NCBI GenBank assembly: GCA_964652685.1
Contig: CAZZBS010000013.1
Span: forward strand, 2,933-66,932
Origin: an uncultured Lentimicrobiaceae bacterium
GTDB taxonomy: Bacteria > Bacteroidota > Bacteroidia > Bacteroidales > SKPS01
Reading direction: 5' to 3'
Length of the DNA: 64,000 bases
Below the pieces are notes generated by a model. That model was not told where the DNA came from. It searched no databases and saw only the letters and a program-made list of their open reading frames with translations. Both the position numbers and the translations under genes were made by a program. Shown here piece by piece: positions 7,392 through 16,373 of this stretch. The stretch's first letter is position 1; the number at the start of each line of letters is the position of its first letter.

Positions 7392-7796
7392 ATGGAACCC
7401 ACTATTGTACTTTCAGTAAAATGCCCGCATTGCAAAACCTCCCTAATGGATGACAGTACCATCCTGAAAGGAAAACCGGGAATAAGAATTAACATTGAAA
7501 CTGAAAAGGAGCGAGGGGTTCTATGGTTATGCCCAATATACAACTGTTTTACCCATAAAAGCAATATTGAGATTGCAGATGATGAACCGGTTAAATTTTT
7601 CTGCCCTCATTGCAATAAGAGTCTTAACAGCGACATAAGATGCAAGCTTTGTGATGCATCATTGGTGGATTTGAATATCAACATAGGTGGCAAGGTGCAT
7701 GTCTGTTCGCGAAAGGGGTGCAAAAATCATTTTGTGGTTTTTGAGGATCTGAATGATGCGCTGAGGCTTTTATACGATAAATTCGACAACCAATAA
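7392..7796 (+). CDS. Small Cys-rich metal-binding protein, first gene of the fdh operon
   Basis: CPHC, CPIYNC, CPHC, CKLC, CSRKGCKNH. Stop lies 17 nt upstream of the FDH start. Confidence 0.7.
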   Translation: MEPTIVLSVKCPHCKTSLMDDSTILKGKPGIRINIETEKERGVLWLCPIYNCFTHKSNIEIADDEPVKFFCPHCNKSLNSDIRCKLCDASLVDLNINIGGKVHVCSRKGCKNHFVVFEDLNDALRLLYDKFDNQ

Positions 7797-7813
7797 AACC
7801 AAAATCAATTTTT

Positions 7814-10534
7814 ATGGAAAATACAGTCAAGGTTAATATTAATGGCAAAATGCTGGAGGCCAGACAGGGAAAGACTGTGTTGGATGTTGCCCGTGAGAAC
7901 AACATCTACATACCTACTCTTTGTTATCATGCCAGGACAGGGAAAGCAGGCAAATGTCGTGCATGCCTTGTTGAGGTTGAGGGTTTACGGGGATTGAAAG
8001 AGAGTTGCGCCCTGGAGGTCAAGGATGGTATGGTGGTAAAAACCCGTACCGACCAGATCATTGAGATCAGAAAAATGATCGTTGAGCTTCATTTGTCAAA
8101 TGGTGAACATAACTGTATTGCATGTGAGAAGAATGGTCATTGTGAATTACAGGACATGGCCTATCATCTTGGCATAGAGAGGCCGGGGGTGTTGGTTGAT
8201 CACGACAAGATTCCTTTGGATGTTTCATCAGAGGGGATTATCAGGGAACCGGGGAAATGCATTGAATGTGGAAGGTGCATCCGCGCTTGCAACAACAATG
8301 TGATGCATGAGGTTCTTGATTTCGGCTGGCGTTCGGATCACATCCGGGTAATCTGTGACGATGACAAACCGATGGGAGAGTCATCATGTGTGCAGTGCGG
8401 TGAATGTGTACAGGTATGTCCGGTAGGGGCACTTACCTTCAAAAACGCCAAAGGTATGGGTCCATACTGGGAGCTTGAAAAGACAAAGGTTATCTGCACC
8501 TACTGTGGGGTTGGATGTTCTGTGGATATGTTCACAAAGGACAACAGGTATGTATACTCCATGGGAACAGAGGAGAACTGGGAAGGTTATGCCAATAAGG
8601 GAATGTTATGTGTCAAGGGGCGTTTTGGTTTTGACTTCCTGAATCGTGAAGACAGGTTGGATTCACCATTGATCAGGAAAAACGGGAAGCTGGAGAAAGC
8701 GGGCTGGGATGAGGCGCTGGATCTCGTAGCCGAAAAATTCAGCACCATCAGGGCAGAGCATGGTGCGGGATCGATAGGTTTCTTTACCTCCGCCAGAATA
8801 TCAAACGAAGAGAATTATGCACTAATGAGGTTCGCAAGGGGGGTTGTTGGCAACAACAACATCGACCATTGCGCCCGACTGTGACATAGCTCTACGGTTG
8901 CGGGACTGGCAATCACGTTAGGTTCAGGTGCAATGACCAATAGCATGCAGGAAACTGAAGATTCAGACATTATTTTTATTATTGGCACGAACACAACCTG
9001 GAACCATCCGGTTTTCGGAGGTATGATCAAAAAGGCTGTAATGCAGAAGGGGGTTAAGCTTATTGTTGTTGATCCCCGTGACATCGGCCTTTCAAAATAT
9101 GCTGACATCCACATGAAGCAGAACCCCGGTTCAGACAACGCCCTTTTAATGGGCCTTCAGCATATTATCGTAAAAAACAACTGGCACAACAAGGCATTTA
9201 TTGAAGAGAGGTGTGAAGGATGGGATGAATACCTCCAGAGCCTTGATTTTTACACACCCGGGAAGGTTGAGGAGATAAGCGGTATTCCTAAGGAGCAGTT
9301 GTATGAGGCTGCAAAGCTTTATGCCACATCCGGACGGGGTGCTGTCTTTTATGCAATGGGTATTACACAGCACTCACATGGGGTTGACAATGTAATGGCA
9401 GTAGCAAATCTGCAGATGATATTAGGCAATTACGGACTGCCCGGTACCGGTGTTAATCCGCTTCGTGGCCAGAACAACGTGCAGGGAGCATGTGATATGG
9501 GTGGATTACCAAACGTATTCACAGGTTATCAGCCTGTTGTAAATGAGGATGCACGCAAGAAATTTGCTGAAGCCTGGGGAAAGAAGCCTGAGGAAATGGA
9601 TGACAAGGTCGGGCAGACTGTTACCACAATGGTCCAGAATGCAGGTGATTCCATCAAGGCTCTTTATATTGTCGGAGAAAATCCCATGATGTCTGACCCA
9701 AATCAGAATCATGCAAAGAAGCAGATGCAGAAGCTCGATTTCATGGTTGTTCAGGACATCTTCCTGACGGAAACTGCCCAGATAGCCGATGTTGTCTTAC
9801 CGGCTTTTGCATTTGCTGAGAAGTACGGTACAATCACCAATACTGAGCGAAGGGTTCAGTTTACAAACAAGGCGCTCATAGGCCCTGCGGGTGCGAAAAG
9901 TGATCATGAAATTATTGCAGCCATAGCTAAGAGGATGGGTTGTGAAGACTTCCCGGAAACTGTTGATGAATTATATGACGAGATACGAAAACTGACTCCC
10001 TCTTATGCCGGCATTTCTTATGAGAGGATAAGGAACAGCGCAGGCCTCAGATGGCCATGTCCGACTGAAGAACACCCCGGGACACCCATACTGCATATTG
10101 GAAAGTTTGCCCGTGGCAAAGGGCTGCTTAAACCTATTGAATACAAGCCGCCGTCCGAATATGCAGATACGGATTATCCGCTGGTCCTTACCACAGGACG
10201 GTTATTGCAGCATTATCATACCGGGTCAATGACAAGGCGCTCAAAGGTGTTGAATGGTATCGTTCCATCCGGGATGATTGAAATAAACGCTACTGATGCC
10301 AAAGCACTCAATATTAAGAACGGCGAAAAAGTAAAGGTCTCATCACGTCGTGGCACTATTGAGATCACTGCTCTGGTAACCACAAAGATCAAAAAGGGGA
10401 TAGTCTTTATACCCTTCCATTTTGCAGAAACTGCTGCCAATATTTTAACCAATGATGCTCTTGACCCTGTAGCAAAGATCCCGGAATATAAGGTTTGTGC
10501 CGTTAAGGTCGAGAAGATTGAAGAGTGTTGCTAA
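7814..10534 (+). CDS. fdhF: Selenocysteine-containing formate dehydrogenase alpha subunit (NuoG-like Fe-S N-terminus plus Mo/W-bisPGD domain)
   Basis: ORFs 7814..8884 and 8933..10534 are in frame, and the TGA at 8882-8884 falls in IDHCARL-U-HSSTVAGL, the FdhF catalytic Sec position. Also CTYCGVGC, PLRGQNNVQGACDMG, LTTGR and MPFH-like FIPFHF, plus N-terminal 2Fe-2S and 4Fe-4S motifs. Confidence 0.93.
8882..8914 (+). promoter_or_regulatory. Bacterial SECIS element
   Basis: Hairpin GGTTGC (8896-8901), loop GGGACTG, GCAATC (8909-8914), starting 11 nt after the UGA with a G-rich apical loop, as in the E. coli fdhF SECIS layout. Confidence 0.8.
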
Positions 10535-10551
10535 TAATAATCCCCAGGTAA

Positions 10552-12282
10552 ATGAAGAAGGAATTAATAAAAAGAATAGAAAAGATCATGGGCAGATATC
10601 CGCAGAAGGAATCTGCCCTGATGCCTGCCCTGATGCTTGTTCAGAAAGCAAATGGAAACAACCTGTCAAAGGAGGATGTTGCGGAAATTGCCGACATCAT
10701 TGGTATACCGCTTTCAAGAGCATTTGGTGTTGCAACCTATTATTCAATGTTCAATGTTGAAAAAGGGATTGGGAAATACCATCTTCAGGTTGACACCAAT
10801 ATTCCTGCAACCCTGATGGGGGCTTTGGATATTTACAATTACTTGAGTGAAAAGTTAGGCATTAAGCACGGAGAAACAACTCCTGACGGACTTTTTACCC
10901 TTTCTAAGGTTGAATGTCTTGCCTCTTGTGGCACTTGTCCGGTGGTTCAGGTTAACGACGTTTATTATGAATTGATGACCCGGAAGAAAGTTGATCTTCT
11001 GATCGATTCATTGCGCAACGGAATAATGCCTGACCTGCCGGTGGAATATCATTACGAATCGTTGTGCAATGTTCTGTTGAAAAACCGTGGTGTTGAAAAT
11101 GCCACTTCAATCAAGATTTATAAGGAGCTCGGCGGGTATAAGACACTTGCCAAAGCTTTAAAGATGAAACCTGAAGAAATCATTCAGGAGGTAAAGGATT
11201 CTCAGTTGCGTGGGAGGGGTGGTGCAGGTTTCCCGACAGGGATAAAATGGGGTTTCCTTCCCAAAAACACGGATAAGCCGGTGTATCTTATCTGTAATGC
11301 AGATGAAGGTGAGCCGGGTACTTTCAAAGACAGGCAGATTCTTGCCTATGACCCACACCTTCTTGTTGAGGGAATGGCGATTACTGCTTATGCATTAGGG
11401 TGTAAACTTGCTTTTATCTATATCCGTGGTGAATTTTCATGGATTGCAGAGATATTGGAGAAAGCTATTGCAGAGGCAACGGCTGATGGACAGTTGAAGC
11501 ACATGGATGACATCATTGTTCACCAGGGTGCCGGTTCATACGTCTGTGGCGAAGAAACAGCCCTTATAGAGTCTATTGAAGGCAAGAGAGGTTTTCCCAG
11601 GATGAAGCCACCATTTCCCGCAGTGGAAGGATTGTATCATTGTCCGACCATCGTGAACAATGTTGAGACACTTGCAAGCGTACCCTATATTATTCAAAAC
11701 GGAGCCAACGCCTTTAAACAATGGGGTTCCGAAGGGGGGTACGGATTTAAACTGTTCGGTGTTTCAGGTTGCGTGAATAAACCTGGTGTTTACGAGTGTC
11801 CGATGGGGATCCCTTTCAGCAAGCTTATTGAGATGGCCGGAGGTATAAAGGGTAAGATGACAGGCGTTATTGTAGGGGGACTTTCTGTACCTCTGCTAAC
11901 AACTGAAGAGCTTAAAAAAGGTCCCGGATTGAAGATGGATTATGAATCATGTTTCGACTACGGAACATCCCTGGGGTCCGGTGGTGTAATGGTTATCAGC
12001 GATGAGTTCTCCATCCCGGAGATAGCTGTCCGTACCATGCAGTTCTATAACCATGAGTCGTGCGGACAGTGTACACCATGCAGGCAGGGTTCCAGCATGA
12101 TGCTCAGTATTCTTAAAAAAATCATAGACGGCAAAGGCGAATCCGGAGATATTGATAAAGTTTTATGGCTCTGTAACAATATTAAGGGCAACACACTTTG
12201 CCCGACAGGTGAAGCATATTCATCCCCGATAAAAACCATGATCAACAAATTCAGAAAAGAATTTGAAGAATTAGTAAAATAA
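10552..12282 (+). CDS. NuoE-NuoF fusion (FMN/NADH-binding diaphorase subunit of the FDH)
   Basis: NuoE part VATYYSMF...VECLASC. NuoF part RGRGGAGFPTGIKW, NADEGEPGTFKDR, YVCGEETAL, NNVETLA, ESCGQCTPCRQG...LCPTG. Confidence 0.88.
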   Translation: MKKELIKRIEKIMGRYPQKESALMPALMLVQKANGNNLSKEDVAEIADIIGIPLSRAFGVATYYSMFNVEKGIGKYHLQVDTNIPATLMGALDIYNYLSEKLGIKHGETTPDGLFTLSKVECLASCGTCPVVQVNDVYYELMTRKKVDLLIDSLRNGIMPDLPVEYHYESLCNVLLKNRGVENATSIKIYKELGGYKTLAKALKMKPEEIIQEVKDSQLRGRGGAGFPTGIKWGFLPKNTDKPVYLICNADEGEPGTFKDRQILAYDPHLLVEGMAITAYALGCKLAFIYIRGEFSWIAEILEKAIAEATADGQLKHMDDIIVHQGAGSYVCGEETALIESIEGKRGFPRMKPPFPAVEGLYHCPTIVNNVETLASVPYIIQNGANAFKQWGSEGGYGFKLFGVSGCVNKPGVYECPMGIPFSKLIEMAGGIKGKMTGVIVGGLSVPLLTTEELKKGPGLKMDYESCFDYGTSLGSGGVMVISDEFSIPEIAVRTMQFYNHESCGQCTPCRQGSSMMLSILKKIIDGKGESGDIDKVLWLCNNIKGNTLCPTGEAYSSPIKTMINKFRKEFEELVK

Positions 12283-12342
12283 CCTTCTCAATAATTTATA
12301 ACCTTTATTCATCAACAAACAAAACCAAAAGGAGATTGAATT

Positions 12343-13170
12343 ATGTCAAACAAACCAAGCGAAATTGTATTGGGCTGTATTAATGCCGGATCGTACAAAG
12401 CAAATTTGAATATTAAGAATTTGTTATTAAGAGGATTTATGGCAGGTTTGTTCATTGCTGTTGGAGGTGCTCTTGCAACAGTATGTGCAACAGGAATTGA
12501 AACTGCCGGCATCAAACAACTAGTTCTGGGATCAGTCTTCCCCGTAGGACTCATCGCGATCGTGCTAACCGGAATGTCTCTTTTTACTGGTGATACAATG
12601 CTTCTGCCCATGTCTGCTATGCACAAGCAAATTACATGGTCGAAAGTACTTTGGGTATGGCTTATTGTCTACATTGCCAATTTTATCGGTTCAGTATTCT
12701 GGGCCTACCTGATGAATGTTGGTCCGTTCGCAAAACTGGATCCTGCAACAGGTATGCAATCCCTTACAGTTTTTGGAGAAAGTGCCGTAAAGATCGCTGA
12801 AGCCAAAGTATTAGGTTATAAGGCAGCAGGTGCCACAGGATTATGGTCAGCTTTTATGAAAGCCATAGCCTGTAACTTGCTTGTTAATACTGCCATAATC
12901 CTTGCTTTCTCATCAAAAAGTATGATTGGAAAGTTCTTTGGAATATGGTTCCCGATCATGGCCTTCGTTTCTTCAGGATTCGAACATAGTGTAGCCAATA
13001 TGTATTTCATTCCTGCTGGTATTTTTAGCGGAGCTAATGTTTCATGGGGTGAGTTTTTAACATGGAATCTCGCTCCTGTTACACTTGGGAATATAGTGGG
13101 AGGTATGATATTTATTGGTGTAGTATATTATTCATGCTATAAAAAAGAACTTCCCGGTATTGCAGAATAA
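12343..13170 (+). CDS. fdhC: Formate/nitrite transporter (FdhC/FocA family)
   Basis: GSVFPVGLIAIVLTGMSLFTG, KAIACNLLVN, FPIMAFVSSGFEHSVANMYFIP, PVTLGNIVGG. Confidence 0.9.
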   Translation: MSNKPSEIVLGCINAGSYKANLNIKNLLLRGFMAGLFIAVGGALATVCATGIETAGIKQLVLGSVFPVGLIAIVLTGMSLFTGDTMLLPMSAMHKQITWSKVLWVWLIVYIANFIGSVFWAYLMNVGPFAKLDPATGMQSLTVFGESAVKIAEAKVLGYKAAGATGLWSAFMKAIACNLLVNTAIILAFSSKSMIGKFFGIWFPIMAFVSSGFEHSVANMYFIPAGIFSGANVSWGEFLTWNLAPVTLGNIVGGMIFIGVVYYSCYKKELPGIAE

Positions 13171-13192
13171 CCATCTTTCTGAGAACTAATAA

Positions 13193-13219
13193 GGGGCTGC
13201 CAATAAAAAAAGCAGCCCC
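13193..13219 (+). terminator. Probable terminator of the fdh operon
   Basis: 8-bp GC stem GGGGCTGC/GCAGCCCC just after the FNT stop; the U-tract is weak. Confidence 0.55.
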
Positions 13220-13340
13220 ATATTCATTTTATAATACTTTGATTTAATAGGTTTACAAGTCAACTCATCATGCACTGTCAGCAAAAGAAAAGTATCCTAT
13301 AAATGGTCATTATCAGCCATTCCTGGATATATAGTAACTC

Positions 13341-14522
13341 ATGATACAACGGCCTGACTTCATTATAATTGGTTCCACTGGCAGAAACACCGGTAAGACT
13401 GAATTTGCGTGCCGGTTGATAGAGCGGTACGCAAAAACCAATAAAATATATGGAGTTAAGGTGGTTACCATAGACCCCGATGAGGGTAACTGCCCCAGGG
13501 GCGGGAAAGGTTGCGGGGTTTGCACCTCCCTGAAAAAAAATTTCGAGATCATTGAAGAGAATCAGATTTTACCGGGCAAAGACACATCCAGGATGCTTGC
13601 GGCAGGTGCGATAAAAGTTTTTATGTTGAAAGTGAATCAGCATGCACTGGAAGAGGGGATAAATGCATTTATAAAACTTGTTCCGGATGATACGCTTGTA
13701 GTCTGTGAATCAAACTCTGTAAGAAAAGTTGTTGATCCCGGGCTTTTTCTGGTTATAAAAAATGTCAGGGAGAAACGGATAAAGGAGAGCTGTGCCGAGG
13801 TAATCGACTATGCAGACAAGGTGATAGATTTCCTGGAAATGAATTGGAATTTCTCTCCCGAGAGGATATATATACGTGATAACAGTTGGCAAATACGGGA
13901 GAATGCCACTGCAATCATCCTGGCAGGTGGTAAAAGCACAAGGATGGGTGGTGAAGACAAAAGTTTATTGCCTGTGAATGGCATACCATTGATAGAACAT
14001 ATATCAAATCAACTGAAAGGACATTTTGATGAAGTTCTGATCGGTGCCAATGATCCGGAGAAATATTCCTTCCTCCATCTGCGGGTAGTACCGGACATTG
14101 AAGCAGGTAAAGGCCCTCTTATGGGTATTTTATCATGTCTTGATGCTTCAGATAGTGAATTGAATTTCATAACAGCCTGCGATATACCAGAGATGAACAT
14201 TAAGCTTATAAGAAGAATGATAAATCTGGCTTCTGATGCCGACATTGTAATGCCGGTCAGCGAAACTGATAAGTACGAGCCTTTATACGCCATATACAGG
14301 AAATCTGTAGCAGGATTTGCACGTAAGGTGTTGGGTAATAATAAACGCAGAATAATAGAACTATTCGATTACACCAGGGTTACGTTTACTGAGTTCAAAG
14401 AGGATGACTGGTATCAGAATATAAATCTTAAGGAAGACTACGACAGTTTTGTGAAAAAGCGCGAAACAAGGCAATGTGACAGAGAAGATGATGATCGTTT
14501 TTTAGCTCAACATTTTGTTTAA
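13341..14522 (+). CDS. mobA: Fusion of an uncharacterised Cys-motif P-loop domain to molybdenum cofactor guanylyltransferase MobA
   Basis: C-terminal half: ILAGGKSTRMGGEDK, GKGPLMGI, TACDIP, EPLYAIY, NIN. N-terminal half: GSTGRNTGKT and CPRGGKGCGVC. Confidence 0.8.
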   Translation: MIQRPDFIIIGSTGRNTGKTEFACRLIERYAKTNKIYGVKVVTIDPDEGNCPRGGKGCGVCTSLKKNFEIIEENQILPGKDTSRMLAAGAIKVFMLKVNQHALEEGINAFIKLVPDDTLVVCESNSVRKVVDPGLFLVIKNVREKRIKESCAEVIDYADKVIDFLEMNWNFSPERIYIRDNSWQIRENATAIILAGGKSTRMGGEDKSLLPVNGIPLIEHISNQLKGHFDEVLIGANDPEKYSFLHLRVVPDIEAGKGPLMGILSCLDASDSELNFITACDIPEMNIKLIRRMINLASDADIVMPVSETDKYEPLYAIYRKSVAGFARKVLGNNKRRIIELFDYTRVTFTEFKEDDWYQNINLKEDYDSFVKKRETRQCDREDDDRFLAQHFV

Positions 14523-14634
14523 GAAAACTATAATAAAAAGATTTTTTTTTCATTGCAGGTTTATCATAATCCATTAAGTTTGCCTGAATAACCAAAAGTC
14601 TGAAGATAAGTATTAACCATTAATTTCCAAAAAG

Positions 14635-15822
14635 ATGACAACAAAACGGTTACTTCTAATGGTTTTGGTGATGATATTCATTACCCCTGTTATAAATGCG
14701 CAGGATAAAGAAAAAGAGGGTGACAAGAAGTTGGTCCTGATCCCTTATGGATTTGTAAAAGGAGATATGTTTTATTCCACTGCCGAGGTGACTTCGTTTG
14801 GTGTCCTGAGTCTTGCTGCCCCTCAGTTAGCCACAGGCGGTGAACAGAGTGCAATAGGTTTTACTGCGCAACACTCGCGTCTTGGACTTCGTGGTAGTGT
14901 CGGCGAGAAGATCAAAGCAGGAGGTCTTATTGAGATGGATTTTTTCACAAATGCATTTGATGCAAACGGAAAACCCCGCATCCGGCTCGGTTATGCATCC
15001 GTTTCCAAAGGAGGTTTCGAAGCCCGTTTAGGACAGCAATGGGACCTTTTTTCCCCCAATAACGCTTTTACCAACAATACGAATGGAAATATGTGGTTTG
15101 CCGGTAACAGGGGCTTTCGTAGAGCGCAAATCCAAATGAGCTATAAATATGATTTAGGCGATTTTGTTCCGATGATACAGGCATCAGTGGGCGAAGGAGC
15201 AAGAGACAATGAGGGCCTGGGAAAAGACAACCTCTCCGGCATTCCGATGATACAGGCCAGGGTATCCGGATTGATTTATAAAAAATATACTATTGGCGTA
15301 TCCTATGTTCAGGCAGGATTTCTTGAAAAAAAAGGCTCCAATATCGTAATACAAGATAGTACCTGGATTTTACCATCTGATTATACCGCTACTACAACCG
15401 GAATAGGCATAGATTTTAATGCACCGGTACATAAGTATTTTGCATTATCAGGTGAATTCAATATAGGGACTAACCTTAATAATGCTAATTTATTTAACAT
15501 TGCCGGTAATTATTCATTTAAAGATGTAGCAGGGAAAGCCAGTCTCGTTAATAAGGAGAGTATTGGCTTGTGGTTTAATGCACGTTCACAGGTTACTGAT
15601 TGGATGCGTGTTGTCGTAGGTTATGGTTTTGATCAGAATACTACGGAAGGTTTAGCGGATGGCTCATTAGAGAAAAACAGTGTTATCTATGGCAATTTAA
15701 CATTTCCCGTTAAACATGGCTTTTCAGTTGCCGTAGAGTTCCAGAATATTACCGGCAAAAGAATTAATGCTGATGATTTGGTCGCTAATATAATCAGCTT
15801 ATCAGCATCAGTCAGTTTTTAA
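14635..15822 (+). CDS. Outer-membrane porin (DcaP-like)
   Basis: Signal peptide, YGFVKGD, QHSRLGL, IEMDF, PRIRLGY, LGQQWDLF and a terminal Phe. TAAGTTTG promoter box at 14575-14582. Confidence 0.7.
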   Translation: MTTKRLLLMVLVMIFITPVINAQDKEKEGDKKLVLIPYGFVKGDMFYSTAEVTSFGVLSLAAPQLATGGEQSAIGFTAQHSRLGLRGSVGEKIKAGGLIEMDFFTNAFDANGKPRIRLGYASVSKGGFEARLGQQWDLFSPNNAFTNNTNGNMWFAGNRGFRRAQIQMSYKYDLGDFVPMIQASVGEGARDNEGLGKDNLSGIPMIQARVSGLIYKKYTIGVSYVQAGFLEKKGSNIVIQDSTWILPSDYTATTTGIGIDFNAPVHKYFALSGEFNIGTNLNNANLFNIAGNYSFKDVAGKASLVNKESIGLWFNARSQVTDWMRVVVGYGFDQNTTEGLADGSLEKNSVIYGNLTFPVKHGFSVAVEFQNITGKRINADDLVANIISLSASVSF

Positions 15823-16373
15823 TTAGTTGATCCTGAACAAGCATTAACAATCAGATTGTTAATAAAATAACTAAAGAATATTGGTGGGTTTTTCCACGGA
15901 TATTTCATTCTCATATTGAGCTGCATAATTCTCAGACAGGATTTTGTACCATTGCTTCTTTCCCACAGGATATCTTGTATAAGTATATCAAAAAATGCAT
16001 GTTGATGAACATTCCCTTTATCTGAGGATGTATTCAAGCTAATCAATATCAGAGGTTCGAATGTGATCGTATTACAATCTGGCCGAATCCCTGGCATTGT
16101 TGCCGGACTACAATCCACGACGGACATTGTACCACCTTTGCTTTGTCTCCGAAAATACAGGTTTATGCTATTGAGTCGCTAAATGTTGTTTAGACGAAGT
16201 AACGAACTCTCAAAAAGCAGACATAAACAAGCCTGGCTGACAACCGGAAATTTCCCTACACGATGATTGAATTGTTCTATCTTTGTTTGAGATGTAAATC
16301 AGGTTATCTTTTTCTTTCTTTCATCCCGGGAACCTGGAAGATCGGCTGTAAAACCAATAAACAATGATCTGTT

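Noticed and set aside
8882-8884. FDH gene as a nonsense-disrupted pseudogene (two ORFs in the track)
   Set aside because: The TGA is in frame, exactly at the known Sec position, and followed by a SECIS-like hairpin.
16054-16062. GGTTCGAAT resembling a tRNA T-loop (possible tRNA-Sec)
   Set aside because: No T-stem, acceptor stem or anticodon arm can be built around it.
15819-16127. 102-aa minus-strand ORF in the porin-ligase intergenic gap
   Set aside because: No recognisable motifs or signal, and its composition looks non-coding.
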